DNA of 64,000 nucleotides from Octopus sinensis (Eukaryota), in contig NC_042997.1 of assembly GCF_006345805.1 (NCBI RefSeq), positions 145,142,001 to 145,206,000 on the forward strand, in the 5' to 3' direction. Positions 47,790 through 60,703 of this stretch are shown here, piece after piece. The first letter of the stretch is position 1. Each line of letters begins with the position of its first letter. The notes beneath the pieces were generated by a model. The model searched no databases and was not told the DNA's origin. It was given only the letters and a program-made list of their open reading frames with translations. The translations under genes were made by a program, and so were the position numbers.

Positions 47790-48275
47790 GCTGTGCTTAC
47801 CTTAGATTGTAGGGTGACCTGCTGTGCTTGAAGAGACCTATTGAGTCAAGTACAGCAACATCAAAATAAAAATCAAATGGAAATTGTAGTTGTGATGCCT
47901 GTGCCTGTGGCATGTAAAAAGCACCATCCAAACGTGGTCGATGCCAGCACCGCCTTGACTGGCGTCCGTGCCGGTGGCATGTTAAAAGCACCAACCAAAC
48001 GTGGCCATTGCCAGCCTCCTCTGGCCCCTGTACCGGTGACACGTAAAAAGCTCCCACTACATTCATGGAGTGGTTGGCATTAGGAAGGGCATCCATCTGT
48101 AGAAACACTGCCAGATCAGACTGGAGCCTGGTGCAGCTGCCTGGTGCAGCCGCCTGGTGCAGCCACCTGGTGCAGCCGCCTGGTGCAGCCGCCTGGCTTC
48201 CCAGGCCCCAGTCGAACCGTCCAACCCATGCTAGCATGGAAAACAGACATTAAACGATGATGATGATGATGATAT
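47790..48275 (+). mobile_element. RTE 3' fragment with internal (CCTGGTGCAGCCG)n slippage
   Basis: ORF end, modules, five 13-bp repeats at 48127-48195, and (GAT)n tail. Confidence 0.85.
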
Positions 48276-48539
48276 CGGGCATGAATAAAATTCCAATACT
48301 GTGCAGTTCTTGAGAGGAAAGATTAATGAAAAAAATATTTAGAGCAGGATTAGGATTTGGTTGAATGATATACTATAGAGATGACATGACAATCAGAGGT
48401 GGTAGAGTTTGTGTGAATGGCTATGGTCTTTATAGCAGAAGAGAAAGTGAGTGAGTGAGAGAGAGAGAGAGAGAGATACAAACAGACAAAACAAAACAGC
48501 ACATTTGTTAGCCAGTGGATATCTTTAATCTTTTATTTT

Positions 48540-48823
48540 TTTTTACTTATTTCAGTCATTTGACTGCAGCCATGCTGGAGCCTCGAAAGGTTTTAGTCAA
48601 ACAAATCAACCCCAGGACTTATTTTTTTGTAAACTCAGTACTTATTTTACCAGTCTCTTTTACTGAACCACTAAGCTATGGGGACATAAACACACCAGTG
48701 GTGTGTACAGTGGTGGATGGTTACAAACACACACACACATATACACACACACATATACACACACACATACACACACGCATATATAAATATACAATGGGCT
48801 TCTTTCAGTTTCTGTCTACCAAA

Positions 48824-48918
<95 letters not shown>

Positions 48919-49085
48919 ATATACATACACACACATATACAACATGCTTCTTTCTACCAAATCCACTCACAAGGCTTTTGTCAGCCTGAGGTTATAGTAC
49001 AAGACACATGCTCGAGATGCCATGCAATAGGACTGAACCTGGAACCATGTGGTTGAGAAGCAAGCTTCTTACTACACAGCCAGGT
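48540..49085 (-). mobile_element. SINE family A with expanded internal microsatellites
   Basis: Family A halves separated by TA/TG runs. Confidence 0.75.
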
Positions 49086-49914
49086 CTTTGCCATTCACTG
49101 AAATAGCTGGGAAGTGGAGGCAGATTATGAAATCCAGAATGTTTGTATGCCTGTTGTATCAGTATGTGAACAATACTCACATGTGTATGGGCCTTATCCA
49201 ACCTCAATGTATGGTCAGTAACTGATCTAAGTGGTATTATTTTGTGCTCTGTATTGGAATTCTAATCTGTAGGATGCCATAAGAAATCATCAAAGATTGT
49301 AATGCCTTGTATTTATCTGTTAATTGTTTCAGTCATTGGATTGTGGCCAAGCTGGGGCACTGCCTCGAAGGGTTTAGTTACATAAATCAGACCCAGCACA
49401 TATCTTAAAGCCTTGTACTTATTCTATCGATCTCTTTTGCCAATAACTAAGTTATAGGGACATACACAAACCAACGCCAGTTGTCAAGCAGTGGAGTGGA
49501 CAAACATAAACACAAAGACACACACTCACACTCACACACAGGCACACACACGCACACACACACGCACACACACACACACACACACTCACACACAGGCACA
49601 CATATGCATATACATGTACACACACACACATATATATATATATCTTTTACTACCATGTTCTTAATGATGAAATTAACCTCTCTGTCTATATACCTACCTT
49701 CTTTGTAATGTTGGCAAATGGAATAAGTATAAAAATGAACATTGTCAATTTAATTTTAAAATTCCATATGTGGCTGAAGATTGCTCTACATTTTAAAACT
49801 GATGTAATACTTACATTGTTTAATTAAATGAAGTAGCATGAAATGATTGTTCTACACTACCTTTGGATATCCTTGTTGCTTATTTTGATTGTAATCACCC
49901 CATTTGATATATAT

Positions 49915-50800
49915 GATTGATTGATTGATTGATTGATTGATTCTAGTTTCAGCTCATGAGCTGTGGCCATGCTGGGGCACCGCCATTTGGTGTTGCTACA
50001 TGGTTTTACTTCACGAATGCTTTTTAGCAACTGCTATTTGGTGCATGAGAGAGTTCGATGCAGCTGCCCTCATCTGCACCTCCTGCCGTGAAGTTGGTTC
50101 ATCTGGGATACCTGACAAGAAGAGATCCAGTTTCATTTTAAAGACATTTGCATCCACCCCATGCAGGTCTCTTAGGTTCTTCGGGAGGATATTGAAGAGC
50201 TGTGGGCCTCAGAAGCCCAGGCTATCACAGTATCTTGTCCTACATTTTGATGGCAAATTTGGAGTCCTAGGCACCACGCAGTGGCACCCAGTTCTGGCAT
50301 TTGTGTAACTCTCGATGCCAAAGTTTGAGACAAGTCCCTCCAGGATCTTCCAGATGTATATTATGGCATATCTTTCTCGCCTACGCTCCAAGGAATAGAG
50401 TTTTAATCTCTTGAGTCTTTCCCAGTAGCTTATATTCTGCATAGAGGCTATCTTCTTCATGTAGCTACGTTGGATCGCCTCAAGTTCTGTGATCAACTTG
50501 ACACTGGATGGTGACCATAGCTGAGAGCAATAGTCAAAGTGGCTTAGGACAAGTGTCCTCCAGAGGACCATCATGGTTTCTTGTTCTCTTGTTCTAAAGG
50601 TTCTGAGAATCCATCCGGCCAGTCGTCTACATTTCATTGCCAATTTAGCAACATGTACACAAAAGGTTGCGTCATCACTCATGTAAATACCCAGGTCACG
50701 CACTGATTGTGCCTCTGGGATTGCAATTCCTCCAGGTCCAGTGTATTCATTGGGTATTGCATTTAGTTTTGCATGCTGATAGTATAAAGCATTGAACTGC
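49915..50800 (-). mobile_element. 5'-truncated CR1/L2-group LINE (post-RT C-terminus)
   Basis: VRDLGIYM, WILRTFRTR, LVLSHFDYCSQLWSP, YWERLKRLKLYSLERRRER motifs. (AATC)n tail at 49915-49942. Confidence 0.92.
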
Positions 50801-50804
50801 ATGC

Positions 50805-50882
<78 letters not shown>

Positions 50883-51229
50883 ATGACTCGTTTCTAATTT
50901 CCATCTACCAAATTCCTTCACAAAGCATTAATCAGCCTGAGGTTAGAATAGATTACACTTGTTGAAGGTGTTGTGCAGTGGGACTGAACTCAATGCCACA
51001 TGATTGCAAAGTGAGCTTCTTAACCACACAGTCATGCCTTTGTACAAGAAAATTTTATCTTTGAAAGTTTTAATTGTATATTGTTTATAAGGGAAGGTGT
51101 GTGACCTGTGACACTGATTCTTTGATATGTGTGGTTATTATGTTTTGGTACTGTTGAAGGAGGCTATGTTGTCATTCTCCTGCTGTAGGATGTTTTCAAG
51201 GTCTCCATTCATGAAAGTAAGTGCTGATG

Positions 51230-52220
51230 CCATGAAAAAGGCACTAGTCATGGTGCCACATATAAAAGCACTGGTGATGGTGCCATGTAAAAAGCACTGG
51301 TGATAATCTTTTCTACCCTACACACAAGGCCTGAAAGTTTGGGGGAGGGGGCCAGTCGATTAGATCGACCCCTGTATGCAACTGGTCTCAGAACATAAAG
51401 ACAGACGAAATACCTATTTCTTTACTACCCACAAGGGGCTAAACATAGAGTGGACAAACAAGAACAGACACAGGGATTATGTCGATTACATCGACACCAG
51501 TGCGTAACTGGTACTTAATTTATCAACCCCGAAAAGATGAAAGTCAAAGTCGACCTTGGCAGAATTTGAACTTACAACGTAATGGCAGATGAAATACCGC
51601 TAAGCATTTCGCCTGGTGTGCTAATGTTTCTACTAGCTCGTCACCTTGAAGCACTGGTGATAATGCCACATAAAAGGTACTGGTGACAGTGCCATGTAAA
51701 AAGCACTGGTGCTGGTGCCACAAAAAAAGCACTGGTGATTGTGCCACATAAAAAAACACTGGTGCTGGTGCTACATAAAAAGCATAAGTGCTGGTATCAT
51801 ATGAAAAGGTAGTTATAGTGCCACATAAAAAGTGCTGGTGATGATGCCATGTACAAAGCACTGATGATGGTTCCACATAAAAAAGCACTTAGTGGTGAAG
51901 TCACATAAAATGTACAGGTGTTGGTGGTGCATAAAAAATGCTAATGTTGGTGCCATGTAAAAAGCACTGGTGATAATCTTTTCTACTCTAGGCACAAGGC
52001 TCGAAAGTTTTGGGGTGGGGGCCAGTCGATTAGATCGACCCTAGTGCGCAACTGGTCTCAGAACATAAAGACAGAAACATAAAAAGCACTGCTGCTTGTT
52101 CCACATAAAAAGCACTGGTTCTGGTGCCATGTAAAAGGCATTGGTGTTGCTTCCACATAAAAAGCATCTGGTGGTGATGTCACATAAAAAGCACTGGTGA
52201 TGGTGCCCTGTAAAAAGTAC
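51230..52220. repeat. ~26-bp minisatellite (GCACTGGTGATGGTGCCACATAAAAA)n with embedded family B SINEs
   Basis: About 20 degenerate units. SINE B segments at 51305-51650 and 51975-52078. Confidence 0.88.
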
Positions 52221-53123
52221 CCAATACACTCTATAAAGTAGTTGGCATTAGGAAGGGTATCCAGGTGTAGAAACCAAGCCAAGAAAGACTATGGAACCTG
52301 GTGTGGCCGCTGGCCATGCTAGCTCCTGTCAAGCTATCCACTCCATGCCAGCATGGAAAACAGATGTTAAATGATTATGATGATGATGAATACAATCGTG
52401 ATATGAGGCATCTGGATTTCATGTTAATGATGCTTGTATGCAAATGTCAAGTAGTGAAATCTGGTATCATAGTAGTGAAATACACATCAAAAATTCAAAA
52501 ATTTAAAATAAAAATCCAACTCATTTAAATACATTTTTTGGTCATATTACAAAATAGAAATAGCTATGTTCATTTTAATGAATAAATTATAAGATGTAAA
52601 ATACAGCTAAAAACTAGACAATTCTTTTAGAAATATGTATACTTTATTTTTATATACTTGAAACATAACATTATTTGTTGAATATTATAGAAAATAATGC
52701 AAAAAATTCCTTTATTGTGTTTAATATTGATATGTGCTATGGCTAAGTGGATTAAATATTGGATGACGTCTTTTTGATATTATCAATATCATTGTTATAG
52801 TATTAGATAGAAGTGAAATATAATATTTCTTTCTGAGGCTCAGATGCAGACTTATTAGTGTCGTTGAGAAGTTTGCAGCTTAACTATGTGGTTTTGGGTT
52901 TAGTTACCCTGTGTGGAACCATTGGGCCAGTGTTATTGACAATAGCCCCAGATGACCAAGGCCCTGTGAATGGGTTTGGTAGACAGAAGCTGAAAGAAGC
53001 CCATGGCACACACACGCACACATGCTCACACACATGCACTCACACACGCATGCACACAAACGTGCACTTACACACACACATACAGATACATGTACACCCA
53101 CACACAAGTGCACTTTTATATAT

Positions 53124-53168
<45 letters not shown>

Positions 53169-53563
53169 ATGTACATGTATGTATGTATGTATGCGCACAC
53201 ACACACAGACACACACACATACACACACACACACACGTATATACTGGGGACCAAGACTTCTGCCAGTTTGCTGTGCTTGAGAAGACACGTCAGTCTAAGT
53301 AAATATTTGGTAATCCTTGGATACAGGCATCTCCCTTCAGCTGACTGTTCCTGCCAGTGTCATGTGAAGAGCACCTGTGCCAGTACCACATAAAAGCAAC
53401 CTTGTTGGTGCTGCATATAAGCAACTGATACACTCTGTAAAATGGTTGGCATTAGGAAGAGCATCCAGCCATGGACATCAAGCCAGCATGGGAAACAAAC
53501 ATTAAATGAGGATAAGGATAATGATGATGTATATGTTCCATGGGCCTATATATATATATACAT

Positions 53564-53595
<32 letters not shown>

Positions 53596-53612
53596 ATGTG
53601 TATATATATATA

Positions 53613-53659
<47 letters not shown>

Positions 53660-53895
53660 TATATATTTATAGATATTCTTTTATTCTTCTATTTGTTTCA
53701 GTCATGTGACTGCAGCCATGCTGGAGCACTGCCTTTAGCTGAACAAATCGGCCCCAGGACTTATTCTTTGTAAGCCCAGTACTTATTTTATCGGCCTCTT
53801 TCATCAAACTGTTAAGTTGCAGGGGACATAAACACACCAACACCGGTTGTGAAGCAATGGTGGAGGGACAAACACAGACACACAAACATATACAT

Positions 53896-53936
<41 letters not shown>

Positions 53937-54287
53937 TATATATACATATATATATATATAGAAAACTAAGTTATTTTATTCCACACAGGTAGAAATATAG
54001 AAAAAGTAGAAGTTGTAAATGCACTGAGAATTGTTAAAATGTTTTTTTATTATATTTAAAGATTCAGCTGGTTTTGCAGTTTTCACTGATTTTCAAATAG
54101 TTGAAATAGAAAGACGTGGCTTATTTCACAACTGTCTTGCTTCTGACTAGTGTTTGAAGCTTGCTCTATTTTTATAGGGAGTTTATAGCTCAATTTTAGT
54201 ATATATTTTGGATAGGACTTTACTGATAGAGGATAGTATCATCCAACCAGTGCAAGCATGGAAAAATAGACATTAAAATGATGATGG

Positions 54288-54333
<46 letters not shown>

Positions 54334-55044
54334 GATGATGATAAATTTTATGTGGTCTTGCTAATGAGAGCCAATATTCTTGTACTCTACATGTCCTCTT
54401 TAATTCCAAGTCTTCATTGTTCTACAGTTAACTCTGTGAACTTCCCTCCATCCAATTTCTGCCTAAACCTCTATATTTTCAACAAGTCTTCTCTTAATTC
54501 TAATTGTATAAGTTACATAGTAGGTTTTATGAAGCTACTTCAAGAGCATGGTCTTTAAATCTTTGATACACTTACTGAAAAATTACTCCAAAGAATACAG
54601 CATATTGAAAGTCCTGGTTTCTAATTGAAGCATTTAATTACAGACCATTGTAGGTGCCACAACTTGAAAACTAAGAAAGATACAGTCAAAGTTTTGCAAC
54701 TTTCAGAATGAGATATCTCACCAAGGAATGGTTTTGGTATTAAAATGATCAAGAAGACCTCCTCTAATCATTCCACTATGTAAAATTATTTATTTATGTA
54801 TGCATCTGAAGGATGTAGCAATGACTGTGTCTTTCTCCTTTTGTAGAATATACCGGTTCTGTGAGACAGTGTATCATATTGCATATTTTAGCCCTAATAC
54901 CTAGAAAAAACATACAGAGATTCCCCAAAGCTATTTTCTGTGTTTTAATATACTAAGGTAAGTATCTTTAAGTGGTAAGTAAGACAAGATAGTAAGATAA
55001 TAGGCCATGATGGTAACGAGGATTATTAGAAAATGAACCAAATC

Positions 55045-55889
55045 AAATCAAATCAAAACAAATCAAAATAGATGAACATCAATGGAATTTGTATCTTTGT
55101 GGTACCAGTGCCAGTGGCACACAAGAAAACCATCCGAACGTGGCTGTAGCCAGTACCGCATCGACTGGCCTCCGTGCTGTGGGCACATAACAAACACCAT
55201 CCGATCGTGGCCGTTCGCCAGCCTCATCTGGCACCTGTGTCGGTGACACATAAAAACACCATCCGAAGACCCAGCAAGACTAGTCAGGCCATAACCCATG
55301 GCCCCTACCTGGGACGTAGTCAGTCCACCTGTGCATACCTTCCTATTGTGACACTTGTGAAGACCTGTTGAGGCAAGTGAAAATCAAAACAAATCAAATA
55401 GATGAACATCAATGGAATTTGTATCTTTGTGGTACCAGTGCCGGTGGCACACAAGAAAACCATCCGAACGTGGCCGTAGCCAGTACCGCATCGACTGGCC
55501 TCCGTGCTGTGGGCATGTAACAAACACCATCCGATTGTGGCCGTTCGCCAGCCTCATCTGGCACCTGTGTCGGTGGCACATAAAAACACCATCCGAGCGT
55601 GGCTGTCTGCCAGCCTCGTCTGGCACCTGTGTCGGTGGCACATAAAAAACACCATCCGAGCGTGGCCGTTCGCCAGCCTCGTCTGGCACCTGTGTCGGTG
55701 GCACATAAAATCACCCACTACACTCTCGGAGTGGTTGGCGTTAGGAAGGGCATCCAGCTGTAGAAACACTGCCAGATCTGACTGGCCTGGTGCAGCCTTT
55801 GGGCTCCCCAGACCCCAGTTGAACCGTCCAACCCATGCTAGCATGGAAAGCGGATGTTAAATGATGATGATGATGATGATGATGATGAA
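55045..55889 (+). mobile_element. RTE 3' fragment with a duplicated 3'UTR block
   Basis: 55052-55266 is nearly identical to 55381-55593. (GAT)n tail. Confidence 0.9.
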
Positions 55890-56829
55890 CCATAACACCT
55901 CAGAAAATGATACAGGAATCACACCAAAGGTATTGATTCAGCATGTTTGCTTATGATGGTGTGTTACTAAACTCACTGGTCCAAGTTTGGGTGAGTGAGT
56001 ATTGTGTCAATAGCATTGAGGTACAATTTTTTGCAACCATATTTTCGACCTTATTGCAAGCCTCACCAGTTGTTCCACCCAACTTTTGCAGATTCTAGAT
56101 GTTGAGACAGAGAAAATGATATACTAACGTCAAAAATGGATGGGGTGGCGCTTACGACACTCCATTACTAAATGCCTCGATTAACTTAAGTCAAGGTTAT
56201 TTTGTGGATGCTCTTAGGTTTTTGTGCCCTTTTGCCCTTTATCTGAGAACATTAGACCTTACTCTGTTAAACATTCAAATTATCATCATTTATCATCCCT
56301 TTTCCGATGCTGGAATGGGTTGGCTGGTTTGACAGGAACTGATAAGCCAGAGGACTGTGCCAAGCCCCAATGTCTGCTTTAGTATGATTTCTACAGCTGG
56401 TTGCCTTTCCTAATGCCATCCAATTTACAGAGTATGCTGGGTGCTTTTACATGGCACCAGCACCAGTGAGGTCACCAAGTAACTTGCAAGGCAAGATCCC
56501 TTGACTAAGTGAGGACATGAAAGTAGGATAGAAGGGAAGAAACTGGTGTCTTGTTGAAGAGGTGAATATATAGCTTTCCTAGCTGGAAATAGAGAGAAAG
56601 AGAGAGGGAGGGAGGGAGGTGGGGTCATGATGGGAGCACGCCCTCAATGTACAAAGATGAATGTGAGAGAGGGAAGAGGAACAGAGAAACAGATATGATA
56701 GGTGGGTAGATAAGTGAATAGATAGTTGGACTAGAGTGTGAAAAGAATGTGACAGGTGATTGCGGATGGGGACAATTGAGGTGGATGCAGTGAATGTCAG
56801 TTTGGTGGGAGACGAAGTGAAAGAAACAG

Positions 56830-57482
56830 GAGTGTGTCATGGAGAAGGGGAGGGGGAAGAAGAGGAGGAGGAGGCGAAGGCGAGGAGAAAGCAAGGGTGG
56901 AGGAGACAGAGGAGGGAAAGGTAGAGGCAGAAGTGGAAAGGAAGAAGAGAAGGTAGAGGAGGAGGATGGGAAGAAGAGGAGGAGGGAGAAAGGGGAAGAG
57001 GAGAAGGGGAAAAGAGGAAGTGGAGGAGGGGAAGAGGAAAGAAGGTGGAAGGTGGTGTGAGGAAAGATGAAGAGGAGAAGGGAAAAGAGGAAGTGGAGGA
57101 GGGGAAGAGGAAAGAAGGTGGAGGGTGGTGTGAGGAAAGATGAAGAGGAGGAGGAGAAAAGTGGAAGTGGAGGAAAGAGGTGGAGAAGAGGAAGAGAAGG
57201 ATGGGGAGAGGAAGAGGAGGCAGGGGAGGAGAAGAAGGAGGAGGGGAAGGAAAGGAGGCAGAGAGGGAGGAGGAGGGGTGAAAGGAGGTAAAGGGGGGAG
57301 TGGAAGAGGAGGTAGAGGGGTGAAAGGAAGAGGAGAAGGAGGAGGAAGAGAAGGGGAAGAGAAAGGGGAGAAGCAGAAGAGGAAAGGAGGTAGAAGAGGA
57401 GGAGGAAAATGGAAAGAGGAAAGAAGAAAGAGGAGAAGGGGAAGAAGAAAAAAAGGAGGAAGTGGAGGCAGAAGAGGAGGAG
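56830..57482. repeat. ~650-bp polypurine (GGA/GAA) low-complexity tract
   Basis: Almost entirely G/A on the + strand. Confidence 0.95.
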
Positions 57483-58379
57483 GTTGTGGTAATAATGTCT
57501 GTCGTTACTATTGTGATAGCATAGCTCTGACTTTTGTTTGTGTTTCATGTAATACTGTTGGTATGGCAAGTTGTCTGCTGTGATACAGGCTGCTGGTGGC
57601 ATGTTGATATTATTTTTAGAAGCCTCAGCTTCATCAATTGTGAGTTTTCTCTTTTAGACTGAGTTTGTTCAGCTGACTGAGAATATGCTATGTGAAGCAG
57701 TCATCCGGAATAGCAGGTGTATTTCATGATCGTTTCGACTTACTCTTTATACAGTAGATGTTGATTCTTCTTTTCAGCAACTAGAATGTTTGCAATTTCA
57801 CACAGAACTTAAACCTCTTGTGTAATTCTGTTAAAATATTCAGTTTGTATTCTGTCCATATTTCTTTACAGTAACACTCAGAATCTGCTTGGTGAAAACT
57901 GTCTACCCCATTTGTCCTCTGTGTAGTGGATATATCAGAACTACCTTAGGTTCAATTATATTATATTCATTATTGATCTCCATGGATTTGTCAGTATTTC
58001 TATGAAGGCAGAACAATTAATGAGTTGATGCTAATGCCAATTTCTACAAAAGGTGACTAAAACATAATTGTTCATAGAGTTTAACACCTAAGGTATCCAT
58101 TAGCATCAAACACAAGGAGCTTTCTATGGAAGTCAGGTTCTATTGATTACCTTGTTAGTTTGAAATTCACTGAGTTGTCTAAACCCTGTGCTTGCCTATT
58201 AACACCTGTGATGGAGATAATTTATTTCATTGTTTCCTTTATTAATTGTCTTCAACACCTAGATGTCACCCTTAACAAGATTGTTGCTGTCACAGATAGC
58301 ATGCAAAACATCACAATATTTTTCTAGTGGATTATTGAGAAAATAATGATCAATTTTAAATTCTGATTTTATATTTCTC

Positions 58380-58915
58380 CTCATCATCCTTCTATTTCTT
58401 GTCCTCCTCCTCGTCCACTTATTCTTCTACCTCCTTGTCTACCTCCTCCTTGTCCTTCTCTTCTACCTTCTCCCCATCCTCCTCTTCTACTTCCTCCTCA
58501 TCCACCTCTTCTACCTTCTCCTCTTCTTCTACCTCCTCCACCTCCTCTGCTTTTTCTACCTCCTCCACCTTCTCCTCTTCTTCTACTTCCTCCACCTCCC
58601 CTTCTTCTACCTCCTCTTCTACCTCCTCCACCTTCTCTTCTACCTCCTCCACCTTCTCCTCTTCTTATACCTCTTCCCCTTCTTCTTCTACCCCCACCTC
58701 TTCTTCTGCCATCCCTCCTCTTCTTCTACCTCCTCTTCTTCTTCCTTCTCTTTTTCTATCCCCTCCCACTCTTCTTCTACCTCCTCTTCTACTTCTACCT
58801 CCTCCCTTCTCCTGCCTCCTCCTCCTCTACTTCTACCTCTTCATCATTGTCATTGTTGTTGTCCATGTCATTGTCATCGTCCCCCCTCCTCTCCCTCCTC
58901 CCCATCATCACCATT
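58380..58915. repeat. ~530-bp polypyrimidine (TCC/TCT/ACC) low-complexity tract
   Basis: Almost entirely C/T on the + strand. Confidence 0.95.
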
Positions 58916-59195
58916 TTTCATGCTAGCATGGGCTAGACCGTTTGACAGGTGCTGGCAAGTCGGAGGGCTGCACCATGCTATAGTCATATGTTTTGACATG
59001 GTTTCTATGACAGGAGGCCCTTCCTAATGCCAACCACTTTGAAGAGTGTGCTGAGTGCTTGTTACATGGTACCAGCATCGATAATTTTTTACTTGGTGTC
59101 AGCATGGGTCCCTTTTTCATAGCACTGGCACAGGTGCTCTTTACATGACTCATGGAAATAATATATAGATTAGGTCGACCTCAACTTAAATGGAA

Positions 59196-59839
59196 GAAGC
59201 ATGACCTTCGAACATTGGGCCTCACAAAGGCAATGACAAGAGACCGAGACCTTTGGAGATATACTGTGATTGAGAAGACCTGGCAACTAAAGTGAGATCG
59301 CAGCCATGGTCTATGCCAGTGTTGCATGTCCAGCCCATTTAAAAGTACCCTTGATGCGTCAGCTGATATGATATGCTTGAGAAGGCCTGTTGAGTCAAGT
59401 AAAACCAAAATCGTAGCTGTGGCCAGTGCCTCCTGACTGGCTCCCGTTCCAGTGGCACGTAAAATGCACCATCCAAACATGGTTGATGCCAGTGCTCCCT
59501 GACTGGCTCCCATGCCAGTGGCATGTAAAAAGCACCATCCGAAAGTGGCTGATGCCAGTGCTGCCTACAGGTTCCCGTGCTGCTGGCACATAAAAAGCAC
59601 TATCTGAATGCGAACGATGCCAGAGTCACCTGACTGGTTCCTGTACCAGTGGCATGTAAAAAGCACCCACTACACTCTCGGAGTGGTTGGTGTTAGGAAG
59701 ACCATCCAGCTGTAGAAATATTGCCAGATCAGATTGGAGTCTGGTGCAGCTGCTGGCTTTCCAGGCCTCAGTGAAACCGTCCAACCCATGCATGAAAAAT
59801 AGAAGTTAAACAATGATGATAATGATGATGACGATGATG
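59196..59839 (+). mobile_element. RTE 3' fragment with the ORF C-terminus
   Basis: KHDLRTLGLTKAMTRDRDLWRYTVIEKTWQLK*, then modules and a (GAT)n tail. Confidence 0.88.
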
Positions 59840-60070
59840 TATGCTTTAACTTAAATGGAAATAATATATAGGGATGCCTCAAATGGAAATAATATATCGG
59901 TATACCTCAACTTGAATGGAAATAATACATAAGTATACTTCAACTTGAATGGAAATAATACACCTTAACTTAAATGGAAATAATATATAGGTATACCTCA
60001 ATTTGAATGGAAATGATATATAGATATACCTCAACTTAAATGAAAATAATACATAAGTGTACCTCAGCTT

Positions 60071-60447
60071 CACTTCCGTGGGATATCACCTTAACATCGG
60101 TTCGGGGTGTTTGTGTGCTTTAATGACCTGAAGAGCTATGCTGTCCAGAGTCTTATATTCCTGGTAGGGTCACCCAAGGCAGTAAGATTGGCAGGCAGAA
60201 GTCAGACAAAGAACAGTCCACTCATCTTTCAGGTTGGGGGTTGAGCAATGGATGAACAACCCATTCTCATAAAAAAAAGCACTTATTACAGAAACCAGAA
60301 GCACTCAAAGAGAAAGTTCATACCGCACGAAACCAGACTTTGAAACATCATGGAATGTGGCAAAAAAAACTTTAAAAACCAAGGGATAAATAGAAAACAA
60401 GTGTGGAGGCCTAATGTGCCAGCTGGTATGAAGAGGATAGATAGATA
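60071..60447 (+). mobile_element. Short bipartite RTE-like element (5'UTR joined to 3' end)
   Basis: GGTAGGGTCACCCAAGGC...CAGACAAAGAACAGTCC...GGTTGGGGGTTGAGC...ACAACCC...AAAAA resembles RTE 5'UTRs. Ends GGAGGCCTAATGTGCC...GAAGAGGATAGATAGATA. Confidence 0.6.
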
Positions 60448-60475
60448 CTTCAACGTAAATGGAAATAATATATAG

Positions 60476-60703
60476 CAGCGAACTAGCAGAATCATTTGCA
60501 CGCTAGGCGAAATGCCTTGCAGTATTTCATCTGCCACTAGGTTCTGAGTTCAAACTCTGCTGAGGTTGACTTTGCCTTTCATCCTTTTGGGGTCGATTAA
60601 ATAAGTACCAGTTACACACTGGTGTCAATGTAATCGACTTAATCTCTTTGTCTGTCCTTGTTTGTCCCCTCTATGTTTAACCCCTTGTGGACAATAAAGA
60701 AAT
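60476..60703 (+). mobile_element. SINE family B, tail type i, flanked by ATATATAG
   Basis: Direct repeat at 60468-60475 and 60704-60711. Confidence 0.85.

Noticed and set aside
55099-55720. CRISPR-like repeat-spacer appearance (also 16800-17030, 20160-20420, 51230-52220)
   Set aside because: The spacers are homologous to each other, the repeats are degenerate, the context is a eukaryotic RTE 3'UTR, and there are no cas genes.
57483-58379. Splice-like signals on both strands in the unique spacer
   Set aside because: Stops occur about every 20 codons in the frames checked, implied introns are too short, and no consistent exon chain emerges.
56625-58926. 325-, 147- and 175-aa ORFs
   Set aside because: Artefacts of polypurine and polypyrimidine tracts, with no recognisable domain.
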